A stretch of DNA of 64,000 bases from Callorhinchus milii. Its lineage: Eukaryota. The DNA lies in assembly GCF_018977255.1 (NCBI RefSeq), contig NW_024704795.1, positions 248,001 to 312,000 of the forward strand. Direction: 5' to 3'. The notes under the pieces were generated by a model, which saw nothing but the letters and a program-made list of their open reading frames with translations, searched no databases and was not told the origin of the DNA. Within the stretch, counting starts at the first letter, position 1. Every line of letters begins with the position of its first letter. Below, in pieces: positions 1-13,812 of this stretch. A program made the position numbers and the translations under genes.

Positions 1-8
1 GCTCATTA

Positions 9-327
9 TAATAATAATAATCCTTGCATTTGATATAGCGCTTTTCACGTCGGGAGGACGTCCCAAAGCGCTTCACAGAACACACTGTAAAGTGAATTGA
101 CTGTATATTTGTGGGTGAACGCGGCAGCCAATTGCACACAGCAATGTCTCACAAATAGTCGTAGATTGAAAATTACCAATTTATTATTGCTTTTGGTTTT
201 GGAGGGATTATTATTAGGCTCTGTGTGGAGTAAGGAAACTTGCCCAAGGTTTCACCCTCTACCTGGAATTGAACTCAGGTCTCTCACTTGCAAAGCGAGT
301 GCTCTAACCACTGAGCTACAGGACTCC
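9..327 (-). mobile_element. tRNA-derived SINE (Deu-domain type), full length, young
   Basis: Reverse complement has a tRNA-like head (GGAGTCCTGTAGCTCAGTGGTTAGAGC...GAGTTCAATTCC), the core GCAATTGGCTGCCGCGTT, a LINE-like tail and a (TAT)n end. Near-identical copies recur through the window. Confidence 0.9.
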
Positions 328-329
328 AT

Positions 330-2230
330 TAGCTGTTTTATCTACCAATCTTTCTTTCGAGTCCACCTTGGCTACATCCCTTTTTAACTCACTGAAATTA
401 GCCTCTTCCAGTTGAGTATCTTCATCTTTGAATGTTCCTTGTCCCTTTCCATAGTACTCTAAACCTAATGGTGTTGTGATCACTGTTGTCCAGATGCTCT
501 CCTACTGACACCTGCTCTACTTGCACCACTTCATTCTCTAGCACTAGATCCAGCACTGCTTCCTTCCTCGTTGGGCTGGAAACGTACTGATCCAGAAAGT
601 TATCCTGCACACATTTCAGGAATCCTTCCCCCTCCTTGCCCTTTACACTGTTATTTTGCCAGTCTATGTTTGGATAATTGAAGTCTCCCATTATCACTAT
701 TCTATTGGTTTTGCATCTTTCTGAAATCTGCTGCAGATTTTCTTGTCTATCTCCTTCCCACTATTTGGTGGTCTATAGTACATACCTAACAGAGTAACAG
801 CTCCTTTTCTGCTCCTTAACACTAACCAAATAGATTCTGTTTTTGAACCCTCTAGCACATCATTCTTTTCCAGGGCCGTAACAACGTCTTTAATCAATAT
901 TGCCCCCCGCACCATCCTTCCTTTTTTTCCTTCCCTATCCCTCCTGAATACATTGTAGCCAGGAATATTCAGCTCCCATTCCTGCCCTTGTTTGAGCCAG
1001 GTCTCCACAATTGCCACTACATTATAACCCCATTTGGCAATCTGAGCCGCAGCTCACCAACCTTATTTGTCACACTCCAAACATTTATGTACATGCACTC
1101 CAAGACCAACCGAGTCTGTTCTGCATTTTTTCCCCCGTCTAATCCCTCCTTTTTCTAGATTACTCATTACATTGCTATTCGTCTCTCCCAATCCTCTACG
1201 TAAGGTGTTTGTCCACTCTAATGCTACATCTTGATTCCCTTTCCCCCTCAAAATTCCCCCTTCCCCACAGCACTAGTTGACCTCCCTGCAAGGACATTGG
1301 TCCCAGCCCTGTTCAGGTGTAACCCATTCACCTTGTACAGGTCCCATTTGCCCCAGAACTGGTCCCAATGATCCAGGAACCTGAAGCCCTCCTTTCTGCA
1401 CCATTTGTCTGCTGTTTTGATATTCACTTGCACAAGGCACTGGGAGTAATCCAGAGATCATCATCTTTGTTTAGCTTTTTCCCTAGTTTCTGATACTCTT
1501 TGTAGGATCTCAGCCCTTTTTTTCTCTACGTCATGAATCCCAACATGGACCACGACTTCTGGATTCCCTTCCCCCTGTAGAATGTTTTGTACCCATTCTG
1601 TGATGTCTTCAACTCTGGCACCAGGGAGGCAACATACCAGGCGTCTTTGGTTGCAGAAACATCTGTCCACTCCCTTCACCATTGCACTGACTCTTCCCTG
1701 TGTCCCCCTGTGCATCTGTTTATTTTTGACTCCCCTCCCCAGAGGTGTCATCACCCTCACCGGGATTCAGTACAGAGAACTGGTTTGTGAGTGCCACACT
1801 CTCAGGGGATTTCTGCACTGCCCATCCCCGCTTCCTGCCATGCCGGGTGGTCACCCATTCACTCTCTTTCCAAACCCTCTGTGGCTGTGGGGTGACCACC
1901 TCCTGAAACGTTCGATCCATGAACTCTTCAGCCTCCCGTGTGCTATGTAGTTACTCCAGCCTCTCCTCGAGCTCAACCCTGAGCTCCAGCTCGAGCAGCC
2001 GGAGGCACTTCCTACACATGTTTGTCCAGAACACATAAAGCATCCTGGAGTTCCCGCATTAAACACATTGTGCATGCAACTGGTCTCCTGCCGTATTCCC
2101 AGACATGTTTTATATTAATATAACTTATATATTTTATAATTATGCACCAAGATCCCCCCCTGCGCCAAGTTCTCCCCCTGCACCAAGTTCCCACTCTCAG
2201 CAAATTCCCACTCTGTTCCACCTCACTCAG
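330..2230 (-). mobile_element. CR1-type LINE, 5' part, degenerate (ORF1 SGNH esterase plus ORF2 APE endonuclease)
   Basis: Frameshifted fragments: CLPGARV...VVVHVG and WCRKEGFRFLDHW...GLHLNRAG (ORF1 esterase); AIVETWL, GYNVFRRDR, YYRPP, GDFNYPNIDW, LDLVL and SDH (APE endonuclease). Confidence 0.9.
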
Positions 2231-2264
2231 TTAACCTCCTCACACTGCTGGGCTCTCTGTTGAG

Positions 2265-2520
2265 ACATCTTAAAGCGCATCACAGGATATACTGTAAAGT
2301 GGATTTGACTGTGTATTTTGGTGGGTGAATCACAGCAGCCAGTCCCATAAACAGCCATGGAATGAGTGACCATTTTGTTTTATTGACCAGGACACTGGGG
2401 AGAAACTCCCTTCGCTTTTCAAATAGTGCCATGGGAGCTCTAATGTCCATCTGAACAGGCAGAAGTAACCTCAGTTTAATCTCTCATCCGAAGGATGGCA
2501 TCTCTGACAGTGGAGCCAAA
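2265..2520 (-). mobile_element. Old Deu-domain SINE fragment
   Basis: CAAATAGTGCCATGGGA...TGTCCATCTGAACAGGC...CTCATCCGAAGGA, also seen near 43000-43450, 51500-51730 and 62520-62880. Confidence 0.6.
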
Positions 2521-2590
2521 ACCATGACATTGACATTTGTTACCTGAACTTCTGTCCATTGTTACTTATAGCAACAGGAACCCAACTTAC

Positions 2591-4441
2591 CACATCCTTA
2601 CTCTCCACATCTGAGGGGCTGGATTCAGATGGAGATTTCTCTTTATCCGTCTGCTCCCCATAGAATAGAGACGTTACACTGGGAACAACAGAGAATAGCA
2701 GTGAACGTCCACCTGCCTACACTAAACCTCACACCCTGAGCCTGTCCCTCTTATTCTGCTGCCTGGGAACATCTGAAATACCCTAAGATTATCTCATTTT
2801 TCCTTGTAGTTCATCCCCCCAGCCCTGTAACCAACCACAATATACTCAGTTCTCCAGATATGTTCTGCCCAGAGCTGAACTGATTTAAGCCAGACTCAGG
2901 ATCTGATTTGATTGTAATCTAGGATCCTGCTGCATCAACCAAGGAGGAGCAGGTGATCAGAGGGTTAATTCAGGACGGATATTAAAATTTGTGTGAGAGA
3001 GGCTGGTGTTGGCCTTTTTCTGAGATCAGCCAAACAGGATTATATTGTCTGGCTCCAGGATATTCAAATGTCAGATCAGAAAGCGCGACACCCCAGATTC
3101 CAAGAAAAGTCCAGCCCTCGGGGAAAAGACATGATAAAGCAAACCCGACACCAAATTCTATATTTTCTCAGGCTCCAACCTGTCATTATCCATCAACAGA
3201 GCCAAGCGCCCATAATCCCAGGCCGCCTTCCTCAGGCAGGAGAACACCAGCAGCAGCACCTGGGAACAGACACCATCAGACACCATCATTATCTCCCCTT
3301 AATTACAATCACTATCTGTCATTAAATGTACTGAACATCTATTAAACTGAATGCTGAAATACAGAATAAAGCTCCCTCTACACTGTGCGTCCACACTCCC
3401 AGGTCAGGGGTAGAGACACAGTAAAGCTCCTCTACACTGTGCGTCCACACTCCCAGGTCAGGGGTAGAGACACAGTAAAGCTCCCTCTACACTGTGCGTC
3501 CACACTCCCAGGTCAGGGTTAGAGACACAGTAAAGCTCCCTCTACACTGTAAGTCCGTCCACACACTGAGGTCAGAGTTGGAGACACAGTAAAGCTCCCT
3601 CTGCACTGTCTGTCCACAATCCAGGTCAGTGACAGCTGGGAGTTGAGTTCTCTCTGTGGTGTCAGTGTGACTGTTAGCTCAGAGCTGAGTCACACATGTT
3701 GATGGAGGGAGCTGGGATGTGACTGAGGCAGTGCCAGACACTGGGGCTTATCAATGGGAGTAGATTTGTAATTTAAGGTTGCAATTCTTTACACTTGGAT
3801 TTAGACGATAATAATCCTTGAATTTGGTATAACACCTTTCACATCGGGAGGAGGTCTTAAAGCCTTTCACTGTAAAATGTAGTGACTATTATCTGCAGGT
3901 GAATGCATCAGCCCGACTGCAGACAGCGATGACCCACAAACAGCCATGAAAGGAATGACTAATTTTATTTGAGGGATTGTTGGCCAGGAAACTGGGAGAT
4001 AAGATTGGTTTCTCATTTCGAGTAGTACCAGGGTTATTTGAGTAATAACCGAGTTCCAAGATGGTTAAAGAGGTCCCAGCGGGACAAAGAGCAGGAAGCT
4101 AACCAGCAAGACTGTGAGAGGGGCTGTGATTGTGAGAGGGGCTGTGAGAGGGGCTGTGATTGTGAGAGGGGCTGTGAGAGGGGCTGGAAACTTTAACAAG
4201 CAGTAACACACAACAAGCTGACAGTTCAAACCCTTACCATCCACAGGACAACATTAGTGGCCAGGACAGTGGGGATCCCGCCAAAGGGTAGCCCCTGAAG
4301 TACAGTGCTGCGGGCCTGCGAATTATAACAGTGTCCGACCGTTACATTGTTTATTGTGGTGAGAAACTTAATAACATTGAATTGCATTTTATGCCCATGA
4401 ATGGAGAACGACGTGTGATTGTCAAACTGAGTGGTCTCCAT
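2591..4441 (-). CDS. TMEM63C: TMEM63C (OSCA/TMEM63 mechanosensitive channel), first three coding exons; the gene continues beyond the left window edge
   Basis: Coding exons 4441-4238 (METTQ...CYNSQARSTVLQGLPFGGIPTVLATNVVLWM), 3259-3180 (VLLLVFSCLRKAAWDYGRLALLMDND) and 2678-2591 (SVTSLFYGEQTDKEKSPSESSPSDVESKDV). All introns are GT-AG with consistent phases. The motifs LQGxPFGGxPTVL and LRKAAWDYGRLALL are typical of TMEM63C. An acceptor at 4470-4471 implies upstream non-coding exon(s). Confidence 0.92.
3361..3630. repeat. 54/55-bp minisatellite, about 5 copies, in a TMEM63C intron
   Basis: Unit GTAAAGCTCCCTCTACACTGTGCGTCCACACTCCCAGGTCAGGGTTAGAGACACA repeated in tandem. Confidence 0.9.
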
Positions 4442-7400
4442 CGTGTCTATCTGGTCTTAGCGTCTCCTCCTGTACACAGATAAACACACAGGATAATCCC
4501 GAGTTACTCCATGTCCCAGAGGATAAACTCCATATAATGTCACTCTAGATAACATCATTAATGTCTGACAGAGGTTGAGAGTAGTTAAGTGCAATTATGA
4601 ATAGAAGTTGGGCATCTTACAAACTCATTCACACGCACATATTCACATACTCAAATCTACACACACACACATGCAGATTTGTGTAGGAATACACACATTC
4701 TCTCACCCACAAATTTACATAAACATTCACTGGTGTAAACACCACAAACACTCATTCAGACCAGGGTGCACTCCCATGCATCCACATCCACTCACAAGCA
4801 TCTCCTTAGACTCTCCCAGGTATATAAGTGCAGTATACTTGTGTTCATGTGCTCAGGTAACCCCAAACCCAGTCCCAGCATTTACCTGAACAGAGTAATA
4901 GAATTGTTGGGTGACAGTAGCTGGATCCTGGGTTTAGGATGGAATCTGGGCCCAGAGTTGCAGCACAGAATTCCCTTCCCCACAGAACAGAGGAACAGCT
5001 TTTGTATTGCTTCCCTTAGCAGGAATTGCTCAGCATTTGCTGGGATTGCAGAGGCTGCAGCAGTCGCTGGGATCAAGACAACAGCAGGCAGATACCAGGC
5101 ACTGAAACAAGAGAACAGCTCAGTTTGAGGGCTGCACAAAGCAGCAGATTCCATTAGTGCAATCAATACAACTCTGTGTTTCTCCAGAGTATAAACCAAA
5201 GCTACTGCAATCACCTCACTCACCCTTACACATCTCACACCCACACTCACTTGCACACACACACACACATATATACTAATAACAAAGTACATCTTCACAC
5301 AGAGGTTTGCATAATAACAATAGCAACTTGCATTTATACAGCGCCCTCCGTGCCAGACAGTGTCTTTGAGCGCTTAATTGTTACACAGTTTTGCATAGAC
5401 ACGGAAACACACCAACACACCAATTGGCCCAAACAAACCAGAGAGTGTTTCACATGTTTGCCACCCACCATAGAAACTGCCTTGGAACTTAATATACATT
5501 CTCTCCCTGGAGGGATGGACCCTGGCTACTGAACTCTAGAGTTTAGGTGAAGGTTGGGGAGAGCTGGCACTGCTGGACACCAACCAGCTAAAACATGGTT
5601 TGCTTAGGGGGCTCTCAGTGAACAGGTAACAGGTCAGCTGGTTTCAAGGCTTGAATGGTTTGAAAAGAAAGTTATAGTTAAGGTCTTCTGGTTCTAGGTG
5701 TGGTCAGATGTCTCCATTTACCAAGTTTAGTGCTGACTTCCCCTCCCCTCGCTGATGTCACTGAAATTCTCATGGGCTTTATGGTGCTCCAGGAGAGGCC
5801 CGATCTCAGCAGAGGCCTGGTTCCAGGAGCCAGCACAAGGTTTCCCTGCCCCTCCTGCTGCCCCAACATCCACTCTCGACCATCGCCACAGTGCAGAGCA
5901 TTCCTGAGTCACATCACCTGTTATACACAGACGATGGGAGCACGAGGAGTGGGTAAGCTCCATTCTCAGCTTGGGTTACAGCAATGTATCACTTCTGTGC
6001 TACAAACTAAAGCAAATGGAGGTGAGGGAGGAAAGTCAGATACTCCAGTTGGACCCTGCTATGTTATATATATAACATACACAGATATCTCAGCACGTTT
6101 TACAGGTGGAGTCCAATTGTACTCAGGCCCGACACCACCAGGTGGGAGATTTATTTTGAAATCAATAATTAAACATCACTGAAAGCACAAACATAGAAAT
6201 GCACTAAACAAGTTGCACAAACTCAATTTAATTAGAACCAGAGGCAGGCTGTGCCCTGTGCGCAACACACACGGACACACACACACACACAGGCGCTGAT
6301 AATTCCCTTCCCTATACAGATTGTTTGCAAACTTATCCTACAATGGAATTCTTTTCTTACACCTTCTCTCATGAAAACAAGGCCTATGAGCGTATCGCTC
6401 CCGTTCTTGCCTGGCTTCACTGACTTCCCAGAGATCAAGATCTTCGACCTCACTTTTAAATCTTTCCAGTTCTACTTCTGGACCCTGTAAAACCCTCCCA
6501 CCCCCCAACTCTGCTCAGCAGGCCCCGCCCTGCCTACCCCACCAATGGTGGTCAAGCCTTCAGCCTTTCTATTCCCCATCCTCTGGTAACCATCCCGAAG
6601 TCCCTTTACCTCGCCCCTTCCCTCAAGTTCTGCCTCAAGACCTTCCTCTTTGACCTCGCTTTCGATCAACACTGCTGCTCGATCAACACCAATTGGCTGC
6701 TGTGTCTCGCCCACAAAATACACAGTCACTCCACTTTACAGTATATTCTGTGAAGCGCTTTGCAACGTCTCAACTTGATAAGGCACTATATCAAATGCAA
6801 GCATTATTATTATCTTCCCATCAACCCACCCACCCCCTTGGCTCCCCACCCCTCTTAATCCATCCTCCAGCTTTGGTACAAACCTCACTGTCCAACACAT
6901 TGGAACTCCCTCCCAATGTGAAAGGCGCTAAATAAATGCAATTTGTTGTTGTTGTGAGACTGGAAGCAAGTGTCAGTATTGCAGATGAGCAGAATTCTAT
7001 CCTCGTTGAGGCCTTAAATTTCTCAGATTTGTGGACTGATGACCATCATCATAAAAAGGGAGATTGTGCTAAATTTTGAAAAAGTTTTAAATTCAGGATG
7101 TTTTTCTAGTTTTTTTTAACGATGGAAACGCCCTTCAAATTAACAACAGCATTACATGTGTAAAGCGCCTTTGACGTTGGGAGGACGTCCCAAATAGTCA
7201 GAATTTCGGATCCAAGCTGGGGGTCAGGATCAGGGAGGGTGGAGGCCAGCGGGGGAAGCAGGGTGATCGAAGGCAAGGTCTTGAAATGGGTCTTGAAGGA
7301 GGCAAGGGAGGGGGCGAGGCGGAGGGACTGCGGGATGGAGTTCCAAAATTTAACACTGAAAAATTCATTTGCAAAATTAGGTATTTTTAAAGCATTTGCT

Positions 7401-8454
7401 TAAGCCTAAAACAGAGAATTTGGGACCCTGAGGGCCACACGTGCACCTTCCAGCAGTTTCTGGTTAATGATCAGGAGTGGAATCCAAAGCCCAGACAGAG
7501 ATCAGTCGAGATCCCATCTTGTGATCACCTGCACTGGGAGCTCACTCAGCATTCACTGAGCTGAGACACACCACATAACAGTAACTTACCCCCTGAGCCA
7601 CCCAAGGCCTGGCAAACACTGAGCAAAATTCTACAGCAGCGGCCTGGGGGCAAGTGGTACATTGTAGGGTGGGGAGAGGTAAAGGGGGGGATAAGGAAAG
7701 GCTGGTAGCAAAGCATGGGAGCGAAGGAGTGGGAGAGAGAATGTGGGGGAGGAAGGAGAAAATATATAAAAACACAAGCTTTTGGGCCACAGCTGACAAG
7801 CCCTCACTCACACGCCTTCTGAATAAAGAGAAAGTGTGAGATGTGCTGCAGCTCCAGCACTGACTGAGGAACATGCACTCCCTGTACTCACACCAACAGT
7901 CAGCCTCGGCCAGGAACACACACAGGGATCAGGGAATGCGCGGAGTCTCGAAGGGTCTGACGATGCAGGAACACTGTATAGACTCCGCTCCTGACTGCTC
8001 TCTCCTCAGCACTGCACAGATGTCTGTTGGTTCAGTAATAAGCAAAGGACCTCCCCACTGCTGATTTCTCACAGCTTGTGTGGCTGCAGGCAAAGTGCTG
8101 CCAATCGCTGATTCACCCGCAGGCTACTACAGTACAGTGGTGAGTAATGATCCTGTCACTGCAAATGTACTGCACAGTGTACCTCTGAGTGCAAGTGAGT
8201 CAGCAAGACACAAGCTGCAGAGCAAAGCAATTAGTTGTAATTGCCTCTCCACCACTGCAGGCAAACCTGGGATCCTGATCAGCTCTGAGTTGCTATTCAG
8301 TGGTTTGGAACCAACCCTGGAGCTCTCACACCAAATGATGAACAAACAGCAAAATGCAGATCCAAAAAAACACAGCCCTGAACACAAACAGCACATACAA
8401 CAGGGAAACAGGCCAATTGGCCCAACTTGAAGGCAACATTATTTGTATTCCACT

Positions 8455-8830
8455 GTGTCAGCCTCAATCAGTTGGTAGCACTCTTGCCTGAGGTTGTAGG
8501 CTCAAACCCCACATTGGGACTTAGAACTCACATAATATCTGGGGAAGACAGGTTTGCAGGGTTATGGGGAGAAAACTGGTGATTGGGGTTAGTGAAAGTG
8601 ACGCTCTGTCAAAGAGCCAGCACAGACTCGATGGGCCGAATGGCCTCCTTCTGTGCTGTAACATTCTATGAATCTATGAAATCTATAATCCAGGCTGACA
8701 CTCCAGTGCAAAGCTGCCTTGTGCTGCATTATCAGAGGTGCCTTCCTTTGGATGAGATGTTAAACCAAACTGTTGTTAGTTGGACGTTGAAAATCCTTCG
8801 GAACAATGCAAAAGGAGTTGGGAATTGTTC
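8455..8830 (+). mobile_element. Old tRNA-headed SINE interrupted by a CR1 3' tail (about 8540-8680)
   Basis: Head TCAGTTGGTAGCACTCTTGCCTGAGGTTGTAGGCTCAAACCC. Inserted CR1 tail GAGCCAGCACAGACTCGATGGGCCGAATGGCCTCCTTCTGTGCTGTAA. SINE body resumes at ATCCAGGCTGACACTCCAGTGC. Confidence 0.6.
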
Positions 8831-9114
8831 TTTTCTGATATCGCGCCTTTCACATCAGGATGTCCCAATGTGCAGGACAGTACAAGGTTCACCTACAAAA
8901 TACACAGTTACTTCACTAAAGAGTAAATCCTGTGAAACGCTTTGAAACGTCCTCCCAATGAAAGGTGTTGTATCAAACACAAGGAATTAATATCATGAGC
9001 TTCCACCCTTTCCATAATATATGATCAGCAATGATCTTATTCATCTCAAGATACAAGAAACTAATTAAATTCTACTCGATCAGAGTGAGAAAAACACAAG
9101 CAAAAAAGTACATG

Positions 9115-10552
9115 GTGAGTGGCTGGTGATGATGATAGTGATGATGATGGTGATGAAGATGGTTATGGTGATGATGATGGTTATGGTGATGATGTTGATA
9201 TTGCTGATTGTCATGATGACAATGGTTATAGTGATGATGATGGTTATGGTGATGATGGTGAGGGACTGGTGGTGATGATGGTAAGGGGCTGGTGATGATG
9301 GTNNNNNNNNNNNNNNNNNNNNNNNNNNNNNNNNNNNNNNNNNNNNNNNNNNNNNNNNNNNNNNNNNNNNNNNNNNNNNNNNNNNNNNNNNNNNNNNNNN
9401 NNNNNNNNNNNNNNNNNNNNNNNNNNNNNNTGGTTATGCTGATGATGATGCTGATTGTGATGATGACAATGGTTCTAGTGATGATAATGGTTATGGTGAT
9501 GATGGTGAGGGACTGGTGGTGATGATGGTAGGGGCTGGTGATGATGGTGATGATGGTGAGCGGCTGGTGATGATGGTGATGATGATGGTGAGGGGCTGGT
9601 GATGATGGTGAGGAGCTGGTGATGATGGTGATGATGATGGTGAGGGGCGGGTGATGATGGTGAGGAGCTGGTGATGATGATGGTGAGGGGCTGGTGATGA
9701 TGGTGATGATGGTGAGCGGCTGGTGATGATGGTAATGATGGTGAGGGGCTGGTGATGATTGTGAAGGGCTGGTGATGATGGTGAGGGGCTGGTGATGATG
9801 GTGAAGGGCTGGTGAGGATGGTGAGGGGTTGGTGATGATGGTGATGGGCTGGTGATGATGGTGAGGGGCTGGTGATGATGGTGAAGGGCTGGTGATGATG
9901 GTGATGGGCTGGTGATGATGGTGAAGGGCTAGTGATGATGGTGAAGGGCTGGTGATGATGGTGAGGGGCTGGTGAGGATGGTGAGGGGTTGGTGATGATG
10001 GTGAAGGGCTGGTGATGATGGTGAGGGGCTGGTGATGATGGTGAAGGGCTGGTGATGATGGTGATGGGCTGGTGATGATGGTGAAGGGCTAGTGATGATG
10101 GTGAAGGGCTGGTGATGATGGTGAGGGGCTGGTGATGATGGTGAAGGGCTGGTGATGATGGTGAGGGGCTGGTGATGATGGTGAAGGGCTGGTGATGATG
10201 GTGAAGGGCTGGTGATGATGGTGAGGGGCTGGTGATGATGGTGAGGGGCTGGTGATGATGGTGAAGGGCTGGTGATGATGGTGAGGGGCTGGTGATGATG
10301 GTGAGGGGCTGGTGATGATGGTGAGGGGCTGGTGATGATGGTGAGGGGCTGGTGATGATGGTGAAGGGCTGGTGATGATGGTGAAGGGCTGATGATGATG
10401 GTGAGGGGCTGGTGATGATGGTGAAGGGCTGGTGATGATGGTGAAGGGCTGATGATGATGGTGAGGGGCTGGTGATGATGGTGAGGGGCTGGTGATGATG
10501 GTGAAGGGCTGGTGATGATGGTGAGGGGCTGGTGATGATGGTGAAGGGCTGC
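9115..10552. repeat. GATGAT/GGT low-complexity tract grading into a 20-bp minisatellite (GTGARGGGCTGGTGATGATG)n; contains an assembly gap at 9303-9430
   Basis: Tandem periodicity is directly visible. The His-rich ORFs here are a by-product. Confidence 0.95.
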
Positions 10553-10979
10553 TGCATTCTTTTTTGCTTCCTTGGCACAACTGTTCTGAGACTCTGCCCT
10601 GTGTGGAGGGCGCTATATAAGTGCAAGTTACTGTTGTAACCTACAGGGTGGGACTAGTTGGGCTGAACGCCTGTTCATACGCCATATCATTGTGTAATTC
10701 CACGGAGGAGACCCTGATTCTGGCTCCAGCACACACCAACAACACCAACAATAACAACAAAAAATTACATTTCTTTGGCCCCTTCCACATTGGGAGGACG
10801 TCCCAGAACAAAGCAATGGGACAGCTTTGAGAGGATGACAATAAGAATCTGCAGATTTCGTAGGAATAGCAGTAAAGCAAAGTACAAGTAACAAATTGTT
10901 GCAGTGGGAAATGTTTGACCATTCTGTTTGCAGATACAAATAACAGTGTGAAAACAAGCCCTAACTTATATAATAATAT

Positions 10980-11254
10980 ATTATTTGCATTTGATATAGC
11001 GCTTTTCACGTCTTCTCGACGTCTCAAAGCGCTTCACAGAATATGCTGTAAAGTGAATTGACTGTATATTTGTGGGCAAAACGCAGCAGCCAATCGCGCA
11101 CAGCAGCGTCCGACAAACAGTCGTGGATTGAAGCGACCAAACTGTTATTTTTTTTTGAAGGATTATTATCAGTCGTGTAGAGTAAGGAAACTTGCCCAAG
11201 GTTTCTCCCTGCCGGGAATCGAACCAAGGTCTCGCTTGCAAACTACAGGACTCC
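10980..11254 (-). mobile_element. SINE copy with an internally deleted head
   Basis: Same tail and core as the 9-327 element. Confidence 0.85.
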
Positions 11255-13164
11255 ACAGTCCTGGTTACATCTAATTCATTTGAGACTGGTTCCTCTAATC
11301 ACTGGATATAAAGCACCTATGGAATGAATTCAGAGTATCTTATCAAATGATTTTTCGCCTATTCTTTCCATTGCCTTATATAATAATACTATATTACAAT
11401 AAATGAGATTAGAAGAGAGAGCTTCACTGGGGGAGTGTGGGGGGGGGAGCTAGTAACACTCAATTCTCCCTGTGAGCACCAGTGGGTGTGTGGATGGCAC
11501 CAGCCATTCTGATATCCACATATTCACTGCTGCTCACAGGGAGAATGTTGTTGGGTCCATACTGAAGCTGAGGGGAAGGCAAGTGGTTCTCCTGCCGCTG
11601 CCAACATAGCGAGGCAGGCAGCGCGGGGCCATCAGAGCAGTCTCCCCTGGTGAGTGGCTGCTTTGCCAGATAATGAGCTGCCCATCCGGGGCGCCCTCCC
11701 TCCCGCCGGGACTGCCTCCCTACCACTCACCCGGGGCTCCCTCCCTCCTTCCCTCCCAACCACCGGGACTCCCTCCCTCCCACCCGCGGGGACTCCCTCC
11801 CTCCCTCCTGGGGCACTTTGAGACGTCCTTCCAACGTGATAAAGGAGCTGTGTAAATGTTATGTTTCTGGAGGGGAAACAAAAAATATTGATTATGCTGC
11901 TCGCGGACATTTCTCAAATAGGGAACCCGGCAGCCAGAAGGTTGGATCCACTGCTGTAAGGCATCAGTGTCCACCTCCTCCTCTAAGTGACAATAAAAGG
12001 GATGTGAATTTTGTGGACAAACGCAGCTATCAATTTTGCTACCCCACATGAAGGGCTGCTGTATAAATCCAAGTTGTTATTCAAAACCCTCTGTGGCGTT
12101 TCCCCACCGACCTCTATGAACACCGGCAACCCTGCTGCATCCGCTACCCAACTAACATGGGCCTGCTCCATGTCTTCCACCCCAGCCAATCCCCATCATG
12201 GCAAACTTTCCACCAATTCCCTTTCTCTGGAACTGCATCTGGGAGTTCCTCCGCCCTGCCCTCGCCCTCAGCCTCCCCTCCTTTAAAGCCTGTCTAAAGA
12301 ACTACCTTTCCTACCGGTCACCTTCCTCCCACCAGCTCAGCTCCCAGTCAGCTGTCTGAAGTGATTAGAGATGTCGTCTTGATGGGAAAGTTGCTACATA
12401 ACTGTAGATTGTTCTAATAGCTCCATTCACCTAATGACACTCAGAGGAGCTCTGGCTCCGTGAACAGACACTGCACATTAGCCACTCACAATCTGCCTGA
12501 TTGTGACACCACAGCTCGCCCCTCATCTCCTGCATCACTGATTGTCAGCCCCACTACATAGCAGAGAGTCGCAGTAATATTCTCACATATTCAGGACAAG
12601 GTATAATTGTTCCTGAGATCCCCATTGTATTCTGTTTGGTCAGCTAACACACGCAGAACCCATCTTCAAGCTGAGTATCCCAACCAAACTGAGAGCTCCA
12701 TTCTTCCCACCTGTGCAAAGAAATTCCTGGATTGGAATATAATGTATACCTGGAGGAATGCATCCTGTTTACCAAACTCCTGCGAATATTGGCACAGGTT
12801 GGCAAGAGCCAAAGCTTGGGGACCCCAGAGTGTATGTTAGGGAAACTGATGGAACCTAACGGCTAAACCCACATAACTTGGCATTGATATCGCTGTCTGG
12901 CAAGCTTTCCCGCTTCATGTCCAGGTAGAACCACTCTACCCGTGAGGGCTTTGACTTGCAGGATTAACAGGAGTTGAGTGGGAGGATTCCCTCCTCCCAG
13001 TGACTGCTCTGCTCTTCCAAGTCCTACTGATGTGCCAGGCTGGGCTGTGCTGTCATCAGCAGTGAGTGCCCTGGAATACTATGGACCCACCTGGCTCAGA
13101 AACTGAACTACAGAGACTGCCACAGAGGCTGGGCTCAATTCTGACATTCCATTATAAAAACAAT

Positions 13165-13812
13165 GACATTGCATTTGTATAGCGCCTTTCACGTCGGGAG
13201 GACATCCCAAGGCACTGGACATTGCATAGCATTTCAGACCCGAGCTGGGGTCAGGGAGGGAGAAAGGAGGGGAGGGTGAGGGGGGTGGCTGATGGCATGG
13301 TCGAAGAGGAAGGACTTGAAGGAGGCTAAGGAGGGGGCAAGGCGGAGTGATGGGGGATGGAATTCCAGAGGTTGGGGGCAGAGTGGCTGAAGGCTCTCCT
13401 GCCAATAGTGGGGTGGGTGGGTTGGGGGACGTGGAGCAGCCGGAGCCAGCTGAGCGGAGGGAGTGGGCGGATTGGTAGGGGGTTAGGAGGTCGCAGAGGT
13501 AGGGTGGGGCGAGACCATGGAGGGCTTTGTAGGTGAGGACCAGGATCTTGAATGGATCCTCTGAAGGATAGGGAGCCAATGGAGTCGGGCGAGAGTAGGG
13601 GAGATGGAGTCATGGAGTTTGGTGCGGGAGAGGACACGGGCTGCAGAGTTCTGGATTATCTACAGTCTGTGGAGTGAGGATTTGGGAAGGCCGACAAGAG
13701 GGCGTTTGCATAGTCGAGCCTGGAGGTGATGAAGGCATGAACAAGAGTTTCAGCGGCCTGAGGGGTGAGGTAGTGGCGGAGTCAGGCGATGTTACGGAGG
13801 TGAGGGAAGGCA
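13165..13812 (-). mobile_element. L2-type LINE 3' fragment
   Basis: FKILVLTYKALHGLAPPYLCDLLTPY...LRSAGS; 3' tail GGGATGTCCTCCCGACGTGAAAGGCGCT. Confidence 0.85.

Noticed and set aside
97-387. Recurrent ORFs such as [17 protein letters not shown]... as a multigene family
   Set aside because: They are translations of SINE copies, not proteins.
9475-10626. 383-aa His/Pro/Ser-rich ORF
   Set aside because: It is the translation of a 20-bp tandem repeat, open in more than one frame, with no splice or homology support.
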